Source of the DNA: a virus
Lineage: Duplodnaviria; Heunggongvirae; Uroviricota; Caudoviricetes
Virus record (IMG/VR): IMGVR_UViG_3300043399_000371
Coordinates: 36,285-100,284 of that record
Reading direction: 5' to 3' (one strand)
DNA: 64,000 bases
The notes under the pieces are model-generated. The model saw nothing but the letters and a program-made list of their open reading frames with translations, was not told the DNA's origin and did no database searches. Positions 27,796-36,718 of this stretch are shown in pieces. Within the stretch, counting starts at the first letter, position 1. The number at the start of each line of letters is the position of its first letter. The position numbers and the translations under genes are program-made.

Positions 27796-28752
27796 TTATC
27801 CCATAAAGATTTCATTAGGCATAACATTATAAATTTGCATTTCTTCTTCTATCTTGTCGATCTCAATTTGTGCTTCTTGCATAATTCTTGGACCGTCAAG
27901 AGTAACACCACCGGGAAGTTGAACACCAGCAAATTTACTAAGGTTTGTTCCCCATTGATATTTAATTTTTGCTGTGGCATACTGCTTCAAGAAACGATCA
28001 TTCCATATATCAGAAAGACCTTCTTTAACATAACCAAGACCAGTTATATCAGAAGTTAATTCTTTTGTAAGTTCTGCTGTTGTTGGACTATTGATCTTTT
28101 GGAATTGAATTTCCCTTCCATCAGACAATTTAACGATATCCCCTTCAATCAATTCCTGATCGAAAATTGTGTTTGTTCCAGTAATAATCTTTGATCCTGT
28201 TGTTCCAGATAATGTTCCTGTTAGCGAAACAGAATTTGGGTTCATCACTCTATAACACTCAACAATAACATATCGACCAAGATCAGCATCCCTTGCCCAA
28301 TCGATATCTAGATATAATTTATTGTGGTGTCGATTAAATCTGAATTGTGGTGTGCCAGAGAACAATAGATTTAGTGTTCTCAAATGTTGCATTGTGATTT
28401 CGTATGACACATAAGAAACTGATGTGAAGTCATAGAGATCATGCAATCTTAATTGATACCTTAGGTCAAACATATTCACAGAAGAATTTGAATCGTCCCA
28501 AGGAAATACACCTGTGACGAAATTGATAGCCTCTGGACAATATATCCATTTACGATCAATGTCTTCTTGTGTGAATTGATGCTTCATGTAAATTTTTTCC
28601 GTACCATCAAAATGATAGTCTTGGAAGAATTGTAGAGCATCATCGATTCTGTCTTCTATTTGATCATCATCCACGTTAATTTCAATAACGGGCCAGCCTA
28701 ATCTTCTTAGACAGTATTCTTTAAATTGTTTTCTTGTTGATGGATTTGCCAT
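27796..28752 (-). CDS. gp13: neck protein with an inserted beta module
   Basis: LRRLGWPVIEINVDDDQIEDRIDDALQ, KYQWGTNLSKF.GVQLPGGVTLDG. Confidence 0.95.
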   Translation of the reverse strand: MANPSTRKQFKEYCLRRLGWPVIEINVDDDQIEDRIDDALQFFQDYHFDGTEKIYMKHQFTQEDIDRKWIYCPEAINFVTGVFPWDDSNSSVNMFDLRYQLRLHDLYDFTSVSYVSYEITMQHLRTLNLLFSGTPQFRFNRHHNKLYLDIDWARDADLGRYVIVECYRVMNPNSVSLTGTLSGTTGSKIITGTNTIFDQELIEGDIVKLSDGREIQFQKINSPTTAELTKELTSDITGLGYVKEGLSDIWNDRFLKQYATAKIKYQWGTNLSKFAGVQLPGGVTLDGPRIMQEAQIEIDKIEEEMQIYNVMPNEIFMG

Positions 28753-28757
28753 TTAAT

Positions 28758-29135
28758 TTATTCCGTAGGCATAGTGGGCCAAATGACATCTGTAGGATAT
28801 CCAGTTTGTCCTGTGAGATCCCTTAGTTGTTGTCTATAGTCAGCCCATTCTTGTCTTTTTTGTTCAGTAATTGGATAATCTAATAACATATATTTATCAG
28901 ATAATTGAAGATACTTGTCTCTTCTACTTCTAACTCTCCAACACAATTCACCATATGTTAATTCTGGTTCGTTAGTTTGCCACTCTCCATTTTGAAGAAG
29001 TGTCCAACCAACTTCACCATCGTTTCTCGGTGACTTAATGAAATATGCATGATCTTTCCATTCGGATTCATCTTCCAAAAAAAGAATATTGATACATTGA
29101 TTATTCCTTGAATCTAATATACATAAACGATTCAT
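28758..29135 (-). CDS. tail fibre assembly chaperone-like protein
   Basis: C-terminal R.RRD..L..SD.....DYP....EWADYRQQLRDL..Q.GYP..V.WP motif. Confidence 0.8.
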   Translation of the reverse strand: MNRLCILDSRNNQCINILFLEDESEWKDHAYFIKSPRNDGEVGWTLLQNGEWQTNEPELTYGELCWRVRSRRDKYLQLSDKYMLLDYPITEQKRQEWADYRQQLRDLTGQTGYPTDVIWPTMPTE

Positions 29136-29144
29136 ATTTTTTCC

Positions 29145-30116
29145 TTAGATAGACAAATACTCTATAACTCTTATATAACCAGCAGCACCATTTCCTCCAA
29201 CAACACCACCAGTTGCGTTTGTGTTTACTCCACCAGATCCACCTCCACCATAAACTGTTGCATTTACACCAGCAGTTGAACCAGCAGCATTTAATCCCGG
29301 CCCTTGAGCACCAGATCCCCAAAAGGAATGACCGCCGTTTCCACCGCGAACAATTGGTCCAGCCGCGCCGACACCATCACCACCATCTTGCCCTTCAAGA
29401 TTTAAAGTTCCACCAGTAGGAAGTCCACCTGCGCCACCACCAAATGTTCCCCAAGTGTTACCATAAGCAGATCCTGTTCCTGTACCGGCAGCGCCACCTG
29501 TACCTGTAATAACCCCGGCAGTACCAGTTGGTGTGAATGTCGAATTACCACCACCAGTACCATTACCACCAGCAACTGAACCACCGCCCCCGGCAGTACC
29601 TATCGAATAGGTCGCATTAGCACCCAACTGTTGTGGAAAAAGTATTGCAATCGCCGTTCCTCCAGCCCCACCACCTCCAGATGCACTAGAAGAAGTTCCA
29701 TCAGAGTCACAACCACCCCCACCACCCCCGGCACCAGTAACATATACTTCGGTGTATAATGTCGATGCGTTTGCGGTAAATGTTCCAGTTCCTGTTGTGT
29801 ATTCTGTTATTAGTATACTTTTTGCATAAGCAGTCCCAGAGTATCCAGAGATACCAGAGTATCCAGATGTTCCTATACCAGAATATCCGGAGTATCCAGA
29901 AATACCCGAATAGCCTGATATACCCGAATAGCCTGATATACCCGAATAGCCTGATATACCAGAGTATCCAGAAAAACCTGAGTATCCAGATGTTCCAGAA
30001 TATCCAGAGATGCCTGAAAATGAAACAGAACCGGGTTGTCCTGAGTATCCAGAATATCCTGAAATACCAGATTGTCCGGTAAAGTTTGTATTGAGAAGTG
30101 AACTTAAAATAGCCAT
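29145..30116 (-). CDS. Ser-Gly-X repeat (collagen-like) fibre protein with Gly-rich C-terminal domain
   Basis: aa 15-95 are (SG-I/Y/T/F)n triplets; C-half TEVYVTGAGGGGGG...GAAGYIRVIEY; exact late promoter upstream; chaperone gene downstream. Confidence 0.7.
   Translation of the reverse strand: MAILSSLLNTNFTGQSGISGYSGYSGQPGSVSFSGISGYSGTSGYSGFSGYSGISGYSGISGYSGISGYSGISGYSGYSGIGTSGYSGISGYSGTAYAKSILITEYTTGTGTFTANASTLYTEVYVTGAGGGGGGCDSDGTSSSASGGGGAGGTAIAILFPQQLGANATYSIGTAGGGGSVAGGNGTGGGNSTFTPTGTAGVITGTGGAAGTGTGSAYGNTWGTFGGGAGGLPTGGTLNLEGQDGGDGVGAAGPIVRGGNGGHSFWGSGAQGPGLNAAGSTAGVNATVYGGGGSGGVNTNATGGVVGGNGAAGYIRVIEYLSI
29832..30074 (-). repeat. coding SG-X tandem repeat containing a perfect 18-bp unit in 3.3 copies
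   Basis: Plus-strand ATACCCGAATAGCCTGAT at 29902-29919, 29920-29937 and 29938-29955, inside degenerate 9/18-bp repeats. Confidence 0.9.
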
Positions 30117-30123
30117 ATTGTTT

Positions 30124-30131
30124 TATTTATA
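30124..30131 (-). promoter_or_regulatory. T4 late promoter
   Basis: Exact TATAAATA 8 nt upstream of the SG-repeat gene ATG. Confidence 0.75.
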
Positions 30132-30555
30132 AGTATTTAATTATTTCTTTCGGTTCTAAAAAACAGTCATTACGATATGAAACCATCTCCCACATAAAGA
30201 ATTGTTTTTCCAGAAGATAGTTTCTGCCTTTCAACAAATTTATGTTTTCTGGATGACCGAATATATTTGGATCTGATTGTCCCCAAATAACAATTCCGTA
30301 TTTACCAACATCCCAACAAAAGTGTTGAAAGAAACTGTCAACAGAAATCCAAGTTCTACATTGTAAAACAAGTTCTTTTAGTTCTGGTAAAGACAAATTT
30401 TTTCTAAAGTCTTCAACCAATTGTTCTTCACCATCGACACCAACTTGTACAATCGGTTCTTTGATCAATGAAATCAGTTCTTTCCAATAGGGATAATCTT
30501 TTGGGTTTGGTTTTCCGTTAAGTAGTTTTTTAGCAAATGGAGATACAATAATCAT
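30127..30555 (-). CDS. GT9-like (heptosyltransferase-type, GT-B) C-terminal half
   Basis: K.YPYW, IVQVG, LSLPELKELV..CRTWISVDSFFQH, GIVIWGQSDP..FG. Confidence 0.72.
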   Translation of the reverse strand: MIIVSPFAKKLLNGKPNPKDYPYWKELISLIKEPIVQVGVDGEEQLVEDFRKNLSLPELKELVLQCRTWISVDSFFQHFCWDVGKYGIVIWGQSDPNIFGHPENINLLKGRNYLLEKQFFMWEMVSYRNDCFLEPKEIIKYL

Positions 30556-31526
30556 TTTTCAACCATATACAATTTTCTATAAGCATTTTCAATGGAACCT
30601 TTCCATCCCCATTCATCCATTTTCTTATAAATGTTAAATTGTTCGATATCACCAAAAAGACATTTTGCTTCTTCTATAGATCTCCCCGGTATTATTTGTG
30701 GGTAAGAACTGAAAACAACTGGATCTTTTATATCTTTAAGAACACGTTTAAAAACAATGTGATCTCCCATCCCATTATTTATAACAACAATTGTTTTATT
30801 TTTTAGTTGAACTATGTTGCGAAAAATGTTCTCATCATGCTCATATAATTCTTGTCGTTTTTCTGAACGTATTCCACCATTTGGATTTTTACTGTGCCAA
30901 GTTATAGTATTCGGAATAGCCAATATTCGATATCCCTTTTTCTTTATTTCGTATGTGAAAAGAGTTTCTTCCCGGTGTGCAACTCTGGACAGTCCGAGAT
31001 TATAGTTTGCAATCCGCGTTCTATACAAAAACGAACAATGAAGATGATCAACCTCTTTGACTTCACGAATTAAATTCCATTGAATATTGCTTTCTGTGTC
31101 GATGTTTTCTATTTTACCTGTTGACCTTGTTGTATCAAAATTTGTATTTGGAATAATTATAGAACCGCCGATTGCCCCAACATCATCTGAAATGTAAGAG
31201 CATAAGTTTTCCAAGACATTGTTCTCAGCAATATTGTCATCGTCAATTCTCCACACCCAATCAAATTTAGTATTGTTTGCCAATTCGTGATTATAATGCT
31301 GACCTTTTTTCTGACCAAAAATAACTTCCCAACTGATTTGTTTTTGTGTCAGTATCTCAAATACAAATCGAATATGAGGAAGATTTCTCATATCAATTGG
31401 ATTATCGTTGTCATCAAATATTATTAGATGGTCAACCTTTCTTGTTTGATTGACTATTGACATCAAGGCCAAAGAAAGGGTAGAATCATATCTACCCCTA
31501 GTTGAGATAGAACACAGAACTCTCAT
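30552..31526 (-). CDS. GT2-like glycosyltransferase with C-terminal GT9-like N-half
   Basis: SIVNQT, IIFDDND, VWRIDDD, HREET; tail IVVINNGMGDHIVF resembles the GxGD start of GT9. Confidence 0.72.
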   Translation of the reverse strand: MRVLCSISTRGRYDSTLSLALMSIVNQTRKVDHLIIFDDNDNPIDMRNLPHIRFVFEILTQKQISWEVIFGQKKGQHYNHELANNTKFDWVWRIDDDNIAENNVLENLCSYISDDVGAIGGSIIIPNTNFDTTRSTGKIENIDTESNIQWNLIREVKEVDHLHCSFLYRTRIANYNLGLSRVAHREETLFTYEIKKKGYRILAIPNTITWHSKNPNGGIRSEKRQELYEHDENIFRNIVQLKNKTIVVINNGMGDHIVFKRVLKDIKDPVVFSSYPQIIPGRSIEEAKCLFGDIEQFNIYKKMDEWGWKGSIENAYRKLYMVEK

Positions 31527-33388
31527 TTGAAAGCCTCAACGGTTAGAAACAAATGAGCAGTTTCTGGCATCACATAATTAGATGCTGGTGGTAGTCTTCT
31601 TACAAATTTAAAACCAGACCAAGACAAATTTGTTCTAAGTTGTGTTTCTGTGAATAGAAATTTGTGAGTCTGACCGGGAACCCAAGGTTGAGCAAACATA
31701 TGTCCATACAACCTTATCCTCCATTGTTCTATATCACAAGTTGGACTGCCTTCAACAAAAGAACGACAAGTCTCCAACAGATCAGGAGTTTCTAAATAAA
31801 GTCTACCATTAGGCTTTAGAACCCTATACCATTCATCCAATATATTTTTAATTTCCAAAAAATCGAAATGCTCTATTATGTGAAATGCTTTTATTTCATC
31901 TACTGAGTTATCTGGATATGGAAGCTTTTTGACATCAAATCTTGCGTCACACTTAGCATCTTCTGGGGAATATAAATCGATATTAATATATTCTTCATTA
32001 TAATCGTAACCACAAGCAAGATGTAATTTCAATTGATTCAAAAGCTTATACTTGTTTTTGAATTTTTCAGATGGAATATTCTCTTCAGGGAGAACTAAAA
32101 AGGAAACATTCTCCTGACACGAATAAAAAGTATAATTGCTTTCGTGAAGTCTTATACACAAGTCCCAAAACTCATCACTATCCAAAGATTCGTCAAATCT
32201 ATGATTCTTAAAACATTCTCTTTGTATCAGCACACTTGAACTATCTATGAAATTGTTGTGATATAATTGTCTACCCAAAAAGACATTCGGAGATATTACC
32301 TGTGGATTTGGGTTTGTAGAATATATTATATTGGCGTGTTCTTTTTGTGTAAGAAGAGTTTGTAAAAAAATACTTGACCAAAAACGATTGGAGTCCAAAA
32401 AACATATGTAATCACAAAAACCAAAAAGTGCTTCTTTTATTAATATATTTTTTGCTTCACTCGGAGAATTGTTTTTTCCTGTAATCAATACCACACTATG
32501 ATCTCTTGGAAACATACTCTTTATGAGTTCTTTGCCACCAAACTTTTCATCGATGTATATGTAATGAATAACATTATCTACGTTCTGTCTTTTAACGGAA
32601 TCGACAGTTTGAAACAGATCCTCGATTCTATCTGTTATAGTAGTCAATACTGCTATTTTTTTATCGTTGGTTTGTTTTGATAATTTCCAATAAAAGTTTT
32701 TTTCGTATGCAAGAGATAATTTGTTTTTTGTGAATGTAACATCCCAAAGACTTACAAGGTTTTTGTCTAGCATTGTTCCCTCTGCGACATGATATATCGG
32801 AAAAGCCCCTGTATAGAATTCGGTTGTTAATGATTTATCTGTGATTTCGTAAATCTCAAATCCAGCATCTTCCACCTTCATGGAAAATTCTATATCTTCA
32901 CAAGAACCAATTCCATATTTTTCGTTGAGTAGTCCTATCTTATCGAACACTTTTCGGTCTATCATCACACAGAAAAATATGGCATAATGTCTACAGGTTA
33001 CTGGTGTGAATTCTTTTACTACACAAGATATACCACAATCTGGATTTTGGAATGGTTTTTCCAAAGTTTCCAACCAAAAATTTTTAGGTTGATTTAGAAG
33101 TCTTGTATCATTGTTTAAAAGAATAATTTTATCACACGTTGCTTCTTTGATGCCATTGTTTGTTGCTTTTGGATAACCCAAAGGAACATCATTCCACACA
33201 AGCTTTATGTGATTGCCGTAAATGTATTTGAGTTCGTTGACGTATTCGCGTGTATTGTCTGTACAACCATTTGCGGAGATAATTATTTCGATGTCTTCTA
33301 TATTGGAATATAGAAGAATCGATTCGACACAATTGACCAAAAAATCATTACAATGATTGTATGTTGGGATGACTATGCTATATTTCAT
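31523..33388 (-). CDS. tandem GT2-GT2 plus class I SAM methyltransferase fusion
   Basis: SIVIPTYN, GCTDNT, GYPKATNNG, ILLNND; second degenerate GT2 (YICFLDSN, FDESL); LHLACG...PYPDNSVDEI...HIIEH...WYRVLKPNG. Confidence 0.8.
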   Translation of the reverse strand: MKYSIVIPTYNHCNDFLVNCVESILLYSNIEDIEIIISANGCTDNTREYVNELKYIYGNHIKLVWNDVPLGYPKATNNGIKEATCDKIILLNNDTRLLNQPKNFWLETLEKPFQNPDCGISCVVKEFTPVTCRHYAIFFCVMIDRKVFDKIGLLNEKYGIGSCEDIEFSMKVEDAGFEIYEITDKSLTTEFYTGAFPIYHVAEGTMLDKNLVSLWDVTFTKNKLSLAYEKNFYWKLSKQTNDKKIAVLTTITDRIEDLFQTVDSVKRQNVDNVIHYIYIDEKFGGKELIKSMFPRDHSVVLITGKNNSPSEAKNILIKEALFGFCDYICFLDSNRFWSSIFLQTLLTQKEHANIIYSTNPNPQVISPNVFLGRQLYHNNFIDSSSVLIQRECFKNHRFDESLDSDEFWDLCIRLHESNYTFYSCQENVSFLVLPEENIPSEKFKNKYKLLNQLKLHLACGYDYNEEYINIDLYSPEDAKCDARFDVKKLPYPDNSVDEIKAFHIIEHFDFLEIKNILDEWYRVLKPNGRLYLETPDLLETCRSFVEGSPTCDIEQWRIRLYGHMFAQPWVPGQTHKFLFTETQLRTNLSWSGFKFVRRLPPASNYVMPETAHLFLTVEAFK

Positions 33389-33410
33389 GATATAAATTCC
33401 AATTCAAAAA

Positions 33411-34574
33411 TTATTTTTTATCTATTTCTTTTTTCAGTTCTTTTATAGCCTCTATTAGAAGTCCTATGATATTTCCATACGAAACTGTTTTCTCACCGTT
33501 CTCATTTGTCTGAACAACTTCAGGAATTATCTTTTCAATCTCTTGAGCGATAACACCAATAGATTCCTGTCCGGTATCTTTTAGCGTATATGAAACACCA
33601 CGTAATGACAAAACTTTTTCAAGAGAATTTGTTATAGTCTCTATGTTTTCTTTCTTTCTTGCGTCAGAAAGTGTATTGAAATTTGTTGTAGTTAATGATC
33701 CTGTTGTTGCATCAAATTCAAGTTTATTGGTTGTCGTTGTAACTTTTGCAGCTTGACCACCGGCAGCAGAAACCATTACTGGATACAAAGCAGATGTTGT
33801 TGTGTCATTTGTTGCTTTGATAACTTCTGTTGATGGTGATGTGATGGATGGAAATATCTCCCATGTTGACCCATCATATACAAACTCCATTCTTAGAGTT
33901 CCAATATCAACAGTTAAATTTTCTGCGAGACCTTCAATAGTTGAACCATTTCTACCAATAATTAAATTGTTTGTTCCCCAATTAGCACCATCAACAATAA
34001 CAACAGAATGACCAGTTGTTGGTGTTGCTGGTAGATTAATCGTGAAGGAACCACCAGACGTATCCGCTACAATTTTATCACCATTGACTGCCGTGTATGC
34101 GCTTGTTTTTATTAGGTAAGAGGTTGCTCCACTTGTACTAGATGCTGCTTTGCTGACCCATGTACCACCTTCTGATGTCAAAACATTACCAGCAGTTCCG
34201 GGTGCTACAGTAAGAACGTTTCCAGTACCATTTCCTAATATTACAGCATTAGCACTAATTGTACTTAATCCTGTACCACCACTCGATACAACTAACGGAT
34301 TTGAAAGTGTTAGGCGACCTGCGGATAGAGTTCCTGTTGCTTTGTCAAATGTTAGAGATGCATTTGCCCCAAGAACCCCACCGTCATTAAATTGTATTTC
34401 CTTATTTAATCCAGATGGTCCAGTAAAACTTTGTAAATATTTTATGGCACCAGTTGTGTTGGAATAGAATAGCCGACCGTCAGTTGTGTTAATGGCTAGT
34501 TCACCATTAGCAAGTGATGTCGGCGTATTTCCTGTTACCGTAGAATATTTTATCTGAATTACTGTGTTTGCCAT
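33411..34574 (-). CDS. tail fibre-like protein: Mtd_N-like N-terminus and C-terminal S74 intramolecular chaperone
   Basis: MANTVIQIKYS...SLANGELAINTTDGRLFY; SDARKKENIETI..SLEKVLSLRGVSY, GVIAQEIE, AIKELK. Confidence 0.85.
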   Translation of the reverse strand: MANTVIQIKYSTVTGNTPTSLANGELAINTTDGRLFYSNTTGAIKYLQSFTGPSGLNKEIQFNDGGVLGANASLTFDKATGTLSAGRLTLSNPLVVSSGGTGLSTISANAVILGNGTGNVLTVAPGTAGNVLTSEGGTWVSKAASSTSGATSYLIKTSAYTAVNGDKIVADTSGGSFTINLPATPTTGHSVVIVDGANWGTNNLIIGRNGSTIEGLAENLTVDIGTLRMEFVYDGSTWEIFPSITSPSTEVIKATNDTTTSALYPVMVSAAGGQAAKVTTTTNKLEFDATTGSLTTTNFNTLSDARKKENIETITNSLEKVLSLRGVSYTLKDTGQESIGVIAQEIEKIIPEVVQTNENGEKTVSYGNIIGLLIEAIKELKKEIDKK

Positions 34575-35234
34575 TTAGAATGTACCACCAGATTGAACTT
34601 TAGTATTATTTAGTTCAGGTGGTTCGGGAAGTTTTTTCTGTTTTGTTGTTGGGACTGCCTCAAGAATTTGAGTAGCATATGTTTTCAATTCATTATAGCT
34701 AGCAACAAATTTCTTTTGGTTTTCTTTTATTTCATTTTTAAGTTGCTCAATTTCTTGATCTTTTTGTGAAACTAATTCATTAACTTGTTGAAGTTTTGTT
34801 TTAAAATATCCAACTTTATTGTCAGACTCTTGTTTCTGTGCAACAAGTTCATTTTTAGTATGTAGATCTTGCCTCAATGAATCGATCTCATTCTGCTTTC
34901 TCTGCAATTCTTGTTCCAAACCAACAACCCTCTGCGTTGTCTCATTCAAAGCTTGTTGAACTCTATTTTTTTCTAATAGAATGGCATCACCATCAACAAC
35001 TCTTTGCTTTAAAGATTCGGCAGAGGATAGTTCAATTTGTTGTTGAGAGATTGTCAAATTCAATCTCTCAAGTTCGGTTAGTAGTTCTTGAATCTTTTGA
35101 TCAGCTTCTGCTTTTTCGTTTTTAATGTTTGACACAATCTTTAGTTGTGTCTGAAAAATTAAGTTTTGTTTCAGAACTGCATCAAAATTTTCAAGAACTA
35201 CATCCTTGTAATTGTTTAGAAATTCCACATCCAT
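34575..35234 (-). CDS. long coiled-coil protein ending in GGTF
   Basis: Q/E/K heptad-rich over about 190 aa; GGAG SD. Confidence 0.75.
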   Translation of the reverse strand: MDVEFLNNYKDVVLENFDAVLKQNLIFQTQLKIVSNIKNEKAEADQKIQELLTELERLNLTISQQQIELSSAESLKQRVVDGDAILLEKNRVQQALNETTQRVVGLEQELQRKQNEIDSLRQDLHTKNELVAQKQESDNKVGYFKTKLQQVNELVSQKDQEIEQLKNEIKENQKKFVASYNELKTYATQILEAVPTTKQKKLPEPPELNNTKVQSGGTF

Positions 35235-35279
35235 ATTGTTTCTCCTTTTTCACAATAATTAAAAAGTTGTCTAAACTAT

Positions 35280-36674
35280 TTAGAAGGTTCCTCCAGATAG
35301 GTGTGAGAAGGTTGGAACACCAGAGGCATTGATTGTTAGTACGTGACCTTCTGTTGATGAAGAAGCAGCGGTAATCGCATTTGTTCCTTGACCCAATAGA
35401 ACACCATTGTTGGTTAATGTTGTTGCTCCTGTACCACCACGGGCAATTGGTAATGTGCCAGATGTAACTTGTGTTGCAGAGATTGCAATTGGTGTTGCTG
35501 TAACTGCTGTAATTCTACCATAACCATCTGTTGATACAGAAGTTAGTGTATTGCTTGTTGCTAGAGTTGTGCTTGTTACAGTTACGTTAGCAAGTTCGCC
35601 CAATGCTCCAGTACCAGCACCAACAAGGATTGCGCCAGTTGTAAATGTTCCGCGACCTGTACCACCATCTGCAACTGCGATATCTGCACTTAGACCAGAA
35701 ACTGTACCACCAGTAATATTTGCAACAAGAGTACCAGTTGAGAATGCAGCTACGTTTACTGTATTTCCTGATGGTAATTCAGTACCAGCAGTTAATAGCT
35801 TATATTGACCATCTGATGCATCTCGGATAAGACCAGTATATTTAGTACCAGTAGCGTTATATTGACCAAAGAAACCTATATCCAAGACATCTGTAGCATT
35901 GTTTGATGCCAGTTGGATTAATGGGTCTTCTGTTCTTACGTTTTCTACATCTTGTGTTACTGTGTTACCAGAAACAATAAGGTTTCCTGTAATAGCAAGA
36001 TCACCAGAAATTGTACCACCAGTTGTTCTAACAACAGTATTATCGACATCAAATGTTACGTTATTTGTTCCTACTGTTGATGTTATACCAGCACCACCAA
36101 CAAAAGTTAATGTATCTGTACCAACAACAATAGTATCTGTACCAGAATCGCCAGCAATTGCCAATGATGCAGATAGACCAATACCTGTTGTTGTGACGTT
36201 AGTAACCCTACCGTTTGCAGCAACAGTAATAACAGGAATAAGAGTTCCGCTACCATATGAACCAGCAGTAACACCTGTATTTGTAAGTGTTAGAGGTATG
36301 TTTGCGTTTGCTGAACCATCAACAGAGACAACACCAGTAGCTTCACCAGTTAGACCAATATTTCTTGCTGTTTGCCATTTTGTTGCTGTTGATGCGTTGC
36401 CAGTTAGTGGACCAACAAAAGAAGTTGCTGTTATTACATTTGCTGCAAAACTTCCATTTGTATCTCGTTTAACAAGCGTACTTACTGCATTCAGATCAGT
36501 TGCTGCATCAACAATATCGGTATAATACTTACCACCAATTGTTATTACACCATTAGTATTGTTACCAATGAATAACTTATTTGATTGAAACGAGTATGCT
36601 GCTTCCGCTACGTTTAAGCTTGCTGGCGCTGCTGTAGCCAGAGAGTATTTAAGTTGAATTACGGTATTTGCCAT
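35280..36674 (-). CDS. tail fibre-like protein with Mtd_N-like N-terminus
   Basis: MANTVIQLKYS...SLNVAEAAY; Thr/Gly/Ala-rich fibre modules (STLVKRDTNGSF, GGTG repeats); ends GGTF. Confidence 0.82.
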   Translation of the reverse strand: MANTVIQLKYSLATAAPASLNVAEAAYSFQSNKLFIGNNTNGVITIGGKYYTDIVDAATDLNAVSTLVKRDTNGSFAANVITATSFVGPLTGNASTATKWQTARNIGLTGEATGVVSVDGSANANIPLTLTNTGVTAGSYGSGTLIPVITVAANGRVTNVTTTGIGLSASLAIAGDSGTDTIVVGTDTLTFVGGAGITSTVGTNNVTFDVDNTVVRTTGGTISGDLAITGNLIVSGNTVTQDVENVRTEDPLIQLASNNATDVLDIGFFGQYNATGTKYTGLIRDASDGQYKLLTAGTELPSGNTVNVAAFSTGTLVANITGGTVSGLSADIAVADGGTGRGTFTTGAILVGAGTGALGELANVTVTSTTLATSNTLTSVSTDGYGRITAVTATPIAISATQVTSGTLPIARGGTGATTLTNNGVLLGQGTNAITAASSSTEGHVLTINASGVPTFSHLSGGTF

Positions 36675-36718
36675 TTTTATAACCTTTTAAAATAATGAAC
36701 TATTTTATTATTTATTCA

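Noticed and set aside
29832-30074. Short direct repeats that superficially resemble a CRISPR array
   Set aside because: The units are contiguous 9/18-bp in-frame coding repeats with no unique spacers and no cas genes.
33411-36674. Mtd_N-like N-termini suggesting a diversity-generating retroelement
   Set aside because: No reverse transcriptase and no template/variable repeat pair seen in the window; Mtd_N is only an anchor domain.
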